DNA of 64,000 nt from assembly GCA_965221215.1 (NCBI GenBank), contig OZ244872.1, forward strand, positions 907,601 through 971,600, given 5' to 3'. Position 1 is the stretch's first letter. The number at the start of each line of letters is the position of its first letter. Both the position numbers and the translations under genes were made by a program. Below the pieces are notes generated by a model. That model worked only from the letters and a program-made list of their open reading frames with translations, made no database searches and was not told the origin of the DNA. The DNA comes from Candidatus Aldehydirespirator sp. GTDB lineage: Bacteria > Actinomycetota > Acidimicrobiia > Acidimicrobiales > Aldehydirespiratoraceae. This document shows, piece by piece, positions 46,301-55,300 of the stretch.

Positions 46301-49300
46301 ACGACATTGATGGCGTCGTCGACACGCTTACGTGGGGGCCGAACAACAACCCAGAAGGCCGCTGCGGTGAGGTTCACACCGTCAGCTTCATCGCGGATGA
46401 GGACGACGACTCCGACGACGAGGTGGTGGAGGTCTACGTCACCCTAACGAGCGGATATGGGAACGCTTACGTTGACGGCACTGTTGTGCGGACGTTCGAG
46501 GTGCGCATCACCGACGACGACGTGCCCGCAGGCGTGACGGTCTTCCCCACGGCCATTACGGTGCGCGAGGGCGCGAAGAAGGGCGCGAAAGTGGGCGAAG
46601 GCGACCCGCGTGAACGCACCAACCAGGTCGCCTTCAAACTGAACACCGACCCGGGCAGCGGCAACACGGTGCTGATCAACACCCGCGGCGGCGGAATGGC
46701 TGTCCAGAGGGACAAGAGCCAGCACCCCATGGAGTTCACCGGCGGCGAGTCCGGCACCTGGGACACATGGCAGTTTGTTGACATCACCGCGATGGACGAC
46801 AATGACAACGCCGACGACGCAGAAACCGTCAAATGGAGCGTGACAGGCACAGGCGATTACGGGAGCGTGCGCGACCTCAGTGTGGAGGTCACCATCATCG
46901 ACGATGATCCCGCCGTGCGCATCTCCAGGGAAACCATCACGATGGCTGAGCCCCATGTCGAGTCCAGCAGGGCGACAGGGTGGACTTATGAGGTTGTGCT
47001 CAACGTGAAGCCCCACAATGGGATCGTCCATGTTGTGCCCGCCACCGGCGATACCACGGCCGTGAGCTTCGGCAAAAATGACGATGGTCCGATCCTCACC
47101 CACAGGGGCCTGGACTTCACCCCCGAGAACTGGGACGCGCCGCAGACCGTAACCATCTTCCCGTTGGCTGACGGCGACTCCGACGACGAGACCGTCACCA
47201 TCACGCACTCCATCTCCAGCCAGGTCACCCGCACCATCACGAACGAGGATGGAACACCAGCGCAAGTTGGAGCGGCGCGCAACTACCGGCGTGTGTCTGT
47301 GCCGTCTATCGAGGTGAGCGTGCTGGACTCCGACCGCGCCGAGGGGATCGTGGTCGAGCCGGATGCGTTCGTGTCAGAGGGGGGCAGCGGCGGGTTCCCT
47401 GTGCGGCTGGCCGCGCCCGATGCCGTCAGTTTGGTTGTGACGGGCACCCACAGCGGTGTCGTCGTCGACACCGATCCCAGCCTCGACGGAGAGCAGCGGA
47501 CGCTGGTGTTCACTGAGGAGAACTGGTATGAGCCCCAGGCTGTCTTTTTGACGGCCGAGCAGGAGAGCGATAGCAGCGACACCGACGACGGCGTGTTCGA
47601 TTTGACTTTGACCGCCTGGACCGCTGGCGCGCCCGCCGAGGTGGGTCAACCGCCGAATCCTCCGGTGCTTGCCTCGGCCTATGGGACGGCGCCGGTGCGG
47701 GTGCATGTGTACGACGACGAGTTCGCGGGCGGGTCGACGTTCACCGTGACTGGGTCGAGCACGGTTACTGAGGGTGCCGCTCCCGCCATCTTCACCGTGC
47801 AAGCAGACACCGCGTCGTCCGTCGCGGTCGATGTGACGCTGCACATCTCAGAGACCGGCGATTTCGTCGCCGGCGGCGATGAGGGAGACCAGACCGTCGC
47901 CTTCAGCGGCGGCTCCGCCGTCCAGAACCACCAGGTCCCCATCGTCGACGACAATCTGCAGGAGTCTGACGGGACGATCATTGCGGAGCTCAAGCCGGGC
48001 AGCGGCTACCGGATCGGATCGCCGTCGCGGGCGTCTGTCGGCGTCACCGACGACGGCGACACCGGCACCGCGGCGCCGGTACGCATCACGATGGCGGTGG
48101 CCGACGGCGACACGTCCACGGGCGATGTAGTTGAGGGCGCGGGCGACTCCACGGGCTACAAGACGGTCACGTTGACGCTGGATCGGGCCCTGACCAGCGG
48201 CGAGACGGTCACCGTGCCCCTGACGGTCTCGGGCGCAGCGGTGACAACGGATTACACCTTCGGCCTGCACGGCTCCGGGAACACTGGCGTCACGCTGGCC
48301 ACGAGCGGGTCGTATAGCGCACAGAACCCGGCGGTGCAGTTCGCCAGCGGTGCGAGGGTCGCGACGCTGCGGTTCACGCCTGTAAACAACGACGACCGCA
48401 CGCAGCCCGCGATCGATATCCGCATCGGGACGGTCGAGGCGTCGGCCGGCATCACCCACACGACGGCCGGTTCGCCCGTCGGCTTCTTGATCCGCGACGA
48501 CGAGATGGGCGTGATCGAGGTGCCCCGCACCTGGGCGCTCAAGCCCTCGGGGGTGGGCGCCGGCGGGGAGTTCCGGCTGCTGTTCATCACGTCGGAGACG
48601 AGGACGGCCGAGTCGACCGACATCGAGGCATACAACGATTGGGCGCAGGGCGTGGCGGCGCGCAACGGGCATGTCTCCCTGAAGCCCTACGGCGGTTTGC
48701 TCAAGGTGGTCGGCAGCACCGAGTCGGTGAACGCCCGCGTGAACACGGGCATGTGGGATCCGAACACGAGCGGGTTCGTGGACGGCTCCACGGGCAGGTC
48801 CTCTTCTGGCGTTCGGGTCTATTGGCTGGCTCCGGCGTCAGCGGCGAAGGTGGCCGACAGCTACTTCGAGTTCTTCAGCCATCCCTGGGACGGCGGCACC
48901 CATCAGGACACTCGCGACACGCTTGAGTCCGGCATCGCGCGGGACAGCGGCAGCGCGATCTGGACCGGTTCGAACACGAACGGCACGGCTCACTCGGCGC
49001 CGCTCGGAGGCAACGCGCAGAACTGGGTGCGCACGGGCCATGCAATGACCGCGGGCGGTGCTACTACCAACTTGTCTCGAGACAGGGCCACCAAGACCGG
49101 CACCCTGCCCCTCTATGTGATGTCGCCGGTGTTCCGGGTGGAGGGCGCCGAGGCCGAGTTGAGCATCTCTGGCGGGACGGTGGCAGAGGGCGGCACGCTG
49201 ACGGTGACTGTTGATCTCAGCGCGGCGGCGCCGTCGGTGCTGAACATCCCAGTGCAGATGCGCACGAGCGGCAACCCGACTGCGTCGTCAGCCGATTTCT

Positions 49301-52300
49301 CGCTGTCGAACAGCGGCAATGTGGCTATCGCTATGGGCGCCACATCGGGCACCCTGACGTTCACCGCTGAAGACGACATGATCGATGAGGACTCCGAGAC
49401 GCTGACTCTGGAGTTCGGGACGCTGCCCGACGGCGTGATCGCGGGCACGACCTCCAGCGTCGGTGTGACGATCACCGACAACGACACTGCGGGTGTGACC
49501 GTTGCTGAGACGTCGGGCGGTACGACAGTGTCGGAGGACGGCTCGACTACGACTGACACGTACACGGTGGTGTTGGATACTGAGCCGTTGAACAATGTGG
49601 TGGTGACGGTTACTGCGCCGGCGGGGACGCAGGTCAGCACCGACAGCGGCTCGACATGGCACTCGTCGCGAAACCTCACGTTCAACCCGTCGGGGTCGGG
49701 GATCTGGTCGTCGCCGCAGACGGTGACGGTGCGCGGCCAGAACGACGACATCGACAATGCCGGCGATGAGCGCACGATCAGTGTCACGCATGCGATCACC
49801 GATGGTGACGGCAGCAAGTACACCACGTCGACGCCGAGCATCGCGGCGGTGTCGGTGACGGTGACCGACAATGACACGGCCGGAGTGACGGTGGTGCAGT
49901 CGGGAGGGAACACGGTTGTCGCTGAGAACGGCGGCACGGACACGTACACGGTGGCGTTGGACACGCAGCCGCTCTCGAACGTGGTGGTCACGCTCACGAG
50001 CGGCGCGTCGACGGCGGCGTTGTTGAGCGGGGGAGGGCAGACGAATCAGGGCACGGTGACGCTGACCTTCACGCCGACCAGTTGGGGCGCGCAGACGGTG
50101 ACCGTGCGGGGCGTGAACGACGCCATCGACAACGCCAACGACCGCCGAACGGTGACGATCACCCAGTCGGTCACGACGGGCGACACGAACGGCAAGTACA
50201 CCACCAGCACCAACGTGGCGAACGTGAGCGTGAGGGTCAACGACGACGGCGACACGGCGGCGGTGACTGTCACTCCGAGCGGCGGCACAACGACCGTGAC
50301 CGAGGACGGCAGCGACACCGACGATTACACGGTAGTGCTGGACACGCAGCCGCTGAGCAGTGTGACGATCACGGCCACGGCGCCGGCGGGGGCGCAGGTC
50401 AGCGACGACGGCGGCACGTCGTGGGGGTCGTCGGTGGATCTGACGTTCACGTCGGGCACGTCGGGCAACTGGGGCACGGCCCAGACGGTGACCGTGCGGG
50501 GCACGCAGGACATCATTGACAATCCGGGCGACCAGCGCAGCATCACCATCACCCACGCGATCACTTCTGGCAACGGCGACGGGAGCCGCTACACGCCGTC
50601 GACGCCGTCGAAGCCGAGCGTGGCGGTGAGGGTGAACGACGACGACCCGAAGCCGACACAGATCACCTTGACCACGAACCGCAACACTGCGGTGTCGGAG
50701 GGCACGGCGTCGACCATGGTGACGGTTACCGCGACAGTGCAGGGCCCGACGCGCTTCGGCGCCGACAAGACGGTGGCGGTGAGCGTCGACGCCAGCGCCG
50801 ACGTTAATGGCGGCGCCAACTATGTGGACATGACCGCGGTGGCTGATTTCAACATCACGATCCCGGCGGGCGATCGGACTGCGACAGGGATGTTCACCAT
50901 CACGCCGGACAACGACATGGTGGACGAGTCCGACAACAGCATTGCGGTGACCGGCAGCGTGTCGGGGGACTCGGCGGTGACGGTGAACCCGGCGACGCCG
51001 ATCATGCTGAGGGACAACGACAATGCGCCGACAGTGGTGAATCTGAGTGTGACGCCGAACTCGATCAGCGAGAACGGCGGCGCTCGGAGCATCTCGGTGA
51101 CCGCGACAGTGCAGGGCTCGACCCGGTTCGGGACAGACAAGACGGTGGCGGTGTCGGTGGCGGGCCACAACGCGGCGGGCGCGGTGGGGTTCACCCAGGT
51201 GTCGACGTTCAGTGTGGTGATCTCCGCGGAGCAGCAGACGTCGTCGGGCAGCGACAGTTTCACGCTGACTCCCGACAACAACATCTGGAACGAACAGGAC
51301 GGCTCGGCGGTGCTCAGCGGCACGTTGTCGGGGGTGACGGTCAACGGTGCGAGCGTGACGTTGACCAACGACGATGCCGAGCCGCCGGGGGTGACCCTGT
51401 CGGTGAGCGACGAGATGATCGGCGAGGCCGACGGGGCTCAGACGATAACGGTGACCGCGACGGTGCAGGGCGCGACGCGCTATGGCACGGCGCGCACGGT
51501 GAACGTGAGCGTGGCAGCTTCAGGCAACGCGGATGCGGTGGACTTCACCGCTTCGACGCCGATGGCGATCATGCTGGCGCCGGGTGACCGCACCGCAACG
51601 ACGACGTTCACGCTGACGCCGACCGCCGACAGTGTGGACGAGTTCGACGAGACGATCACGGTGTCGGGCACGGGAGCGGACATCGCGGCGTTCACCGATG
51701 CGTCGATCACGCTGGCCGACGACGACGCGACCACCCTCACGATGACTGCGCCCGCGGGTGCGGTGGCTGAGAGCGGCGGCACCACCGACGTGACGCTGAC
51801 GCTGAGCCGGGCGCTGGTGGACGGCGAGTCGGTGACGGTGCCGCTGGATGTGGTGGGAGCGGCGGCAAGATCCGATTACACGCTGGGGTTGCAGCCGTCG
51901 TCGCAGACTGGTGTGGCGCTGTCTGTATCGGGCTCTGACAGCGTCCAGGCGCCCAAGGTGACTCTGACCACCGGCGCTGAGACCGCGGTGATGCGGTTCA
52001 CCGCGGTTGATGACAGCACCCGCACCCAGCCGTATGTGCTGGTGCGCTACGGCACCGGGGCCCGGGCGCCGTCGGGCGCGGGCGTGGATTTCGCGGCGCC
52101 GGCGGATGGGCCGGTGGGCTGGGTGATCACCGACAACGAGACCGGCGACATTGTGGTGCCGCAGTCTTGGGCGCTGTCGCCCAGCGGTGTGCAGAATCAG
52201 GGCGAGCCGAGGTTCCGGCTGGTGTTCGTGTCGTCGGCGAAGCGCGACGCCTCCTCCACAGACATCGCCGAATATGACGCGTTCATCCGCGGCCTGCTCG

Positions 52301-55300
52301 CGCAGGGGCACACTGCGGTTGTTCCCTATGCGGGGTTCTTCACCGTTGTGGGGTCCACCTCGGGCGTGCATCTGAGGGACCACGCGAACGTGGCGGGATC
52401 TGCGACGATGCCGTTCTATTGGCTGGGCGAGACCGGAGACACCACCAAGCGGGTCGCGGTGGACAACAGCCAGTTCCGCGGCGAGTGGATCGACACCGAG
52501 ACGCCGTCTTCGCAGAGCGTGCCCCGCAACGAGTCCGGCGCCGTGGTGTCGGTCGACAGCAACGGCTATTTCACCGGATCCACCGCCGCGGGGGCGCGGT
52601 CGGCCAATCCGCTGGGCTCGACGAACGTCACGGTCGGCTATCTCAACGACAGCGGCAGCGGCCGGGCGCCGCTGGGCAGCGGCCAGACGGTCGCCAACAC
52701 CGCCACGCGCAGCTTCTACGGGCTGTCGCCGGTGTTCGTGAGGGCCAGCGACCCTGTCGTCTCGGTGACCACATCGCAGACGTCGGTGGCTGAGGGCACC
52801 GCTTTGAGCTTCACCGTGAGCGCCGACCCCGCGCCGCCCAACGCGATAACAGTGCGGTTGTGGGTCTCGCAGAACTCCGGGCGCGACATGGTGCCCGTCG
52901 TCGGGGAGCAGATGGTGGCGTTCGCGGCGGGCGACACCTCCAAGACGCTCACGGTGGCCACTGCCGGCGACAACAGCGACGAGGCCGACGCCGAGGTGTC
53001 GGCGAGAGTGTTGAACAACGCCGGCTACACGGTGAGCGCCACCGCCGCCGAGGCGTCGGTGACAGTCACCGACAACGACGCCATGACCGTGTCGGTGTCT
53101 GGCGGCGGCGGAAGCGTGAGCGAGGGATCGAGCCGCGACTACACCGTCGATCCGGGCCGCAGCCTGTTGTCGGGTGAGACGGTGACGGTGAACTTCGCTC
53201 CGGCGGGCAGCGCCACCCGGGGCTCGGACTACACGATCACCTGCCACGGCACAGGCGTGACCTGCGCGGGCCTGGGCGGCACCACACCGAGCTTGACCAT
53301 CACTGGCGGCAGCGGCGTGCGCAACGCCACCATCCGCATCAACGCCCAGAACGACATGGTGCATCCCGAGTCCGGCGAGACCGCCGGGATCAGCCTGCGC
53401 TCAGGGCATGCCAGCACAGGCTCGGGCGGCACGTTCTCGGTGAGCGGCTCACCGTCGACGTTCACCATTGCGAGCACCGCCCCCGCCGCGATCACCGCGT
53501 CGTTCGATTTGGCCGCCTACGGGGTGGGGGAGGCGGCGGGTGCCCGCTCGGTGCCGGTGACGCTCTCGCGGGTTGCGCCCTCGGGTGGGCTGGTTGTGTC
53601 CTACACCACCGGCGGAGATGCGGTCTCGGGCGACGACTACAGCGGCGCGGGCGGCACGGTGACCGTCGCGGCGGGCCAGACCTCAGCGAGCATCTCTTTC
53701 ACGGTCATCGACGATGTATTGGCTGAGGGCGCTGAGACCTTGACGTTCACCCTCACCGACGGCGCGAACTACGACCTGGGGTCGCCGAGCCAGACCACGA
53801 TCACGATCAACGACAACGACATCGCCCCCTCCAGCATCACTTTGGGCGTTGACGACAACAGTGTGAACGAGGCCGACGGCGCGACGACGGTCACCGTGAC
53901 TGCCACCGTCAGCGGTTCGACACGCTTCGCGGAGTCCAAGACGGTGGCGGTGACGGTGGCGGGGTCGGGTGCCGCCAACACGGTGGGGTTCACTGCGAAC
54001 CCGTCGATGTTCAACATCACCATCGCCGCTGGCGCGCAGACCGGGACCGGCATGTTCACGCTGACCCCCACCGACAACAGCGTCGACGAGAACAACGAGA
54101 CGGTCACAGTGTCGGGAGCGCTGTCGGGGGTCACGGTGAACTCTGCGACGATCACCCTCATAGACGACGACACGACCGTGGCGACGCCGGTCACGGTCAC
54201 CTTGTCGGCGCCGGCGGGCGACGTCACCGAGGGCGCTAGCGGCGCCGCCGGACGCAAGGACGTCACGATCACCCTGGGTCGAGCGCTGGCCGGCACTGAG
54301 ACAATCACGGTGCCGCTGGAGGTGTTCGGCGCCACCGTCGCCACCGACTACAGCTTCGGGCTGCAGCCCGCCACCCAGGCCGGGGTGGCGCTTCTCACTT
54401 CGAACCCGTACAGCGCTCAGCATCCGGCGGTGCGCCTGTCGGCGGGAGCGTCGAGCGCGGTGCTGCGGTTCATGCCGGTGAACAACAGCGTGCGCACCCA
54501 GCCTCTTGTGACGATCAACAGGAACTCCAGTCATCAGACCACCGGTGGGGGCGGCGCGACGTTGGGGGCGGTGTCGGGCGGCCCGTTCAAGTTCTTGGTC
54601 ATCGACGACGAGACCGGCGATATCACCGTGCCGAGCAGTTGGGCGCTGGCCCCGTCGGGGCTGTCGGCGGGCGACGACTTCCGGCTGCTGTTCCGCTCCT
54701 CGACGACCCGCGACGCCACATCGTCGAACATCGCGGACTACGACTTCTTTGTGCGCGACGTGGTGGCGTTGGGCGGCCATAGCGCGGCGCTGCCCTATGC
54801 GGGGTTCTTCAAGGCGTTCGCGTCGACCCGCAGCGCCTCGGGCTCGACGGGCACCACCGCCCGGGTGCACAACAACATGGCCTCGGGCCACACCGGTCAC
54901 TTCAGCGGCGCGAACGACGTGTGGGCCGACGGATCCACCGTCCCCAACGCAGGCAACACGACGGGGACGCCGATCTATTGGCTAAACGGCGCCAAGCTCG
55001 CCAACAACTACGCCGACCTGTGCGACCAAGCCTTGAAGTCGGGCAGCGGGGTCACCACCGGCTGGGATCTCGACGACCCCCGCAGCGAGGACGGAAACCG
55101 CAACATTGCGGCGGGAACGAACCCCGGTCAGACCCATCAGGCATGGACCGGCACCGGCAACGCCTGCGAGGCCTACAACCACCCCCTCGGCGGCGACAAC
55201 AACGGCGACGTCTCGCGTGCCGCCAGCCACGACACGACCTGGGCGTTCATGCACCAGGCCCAAAACGCTCGATCACAGCAGCGGCCCCTCTATGGCATGT

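Noticed and set aside
49478-51720. Regularly spaced repeats that might be mistaken for a CRISPR-like array
   Set aside because: The units are 360-390 bp, diverged, in-frame and encode protein domains. There is no short repeat/spacer organisation and there are no cas genes.
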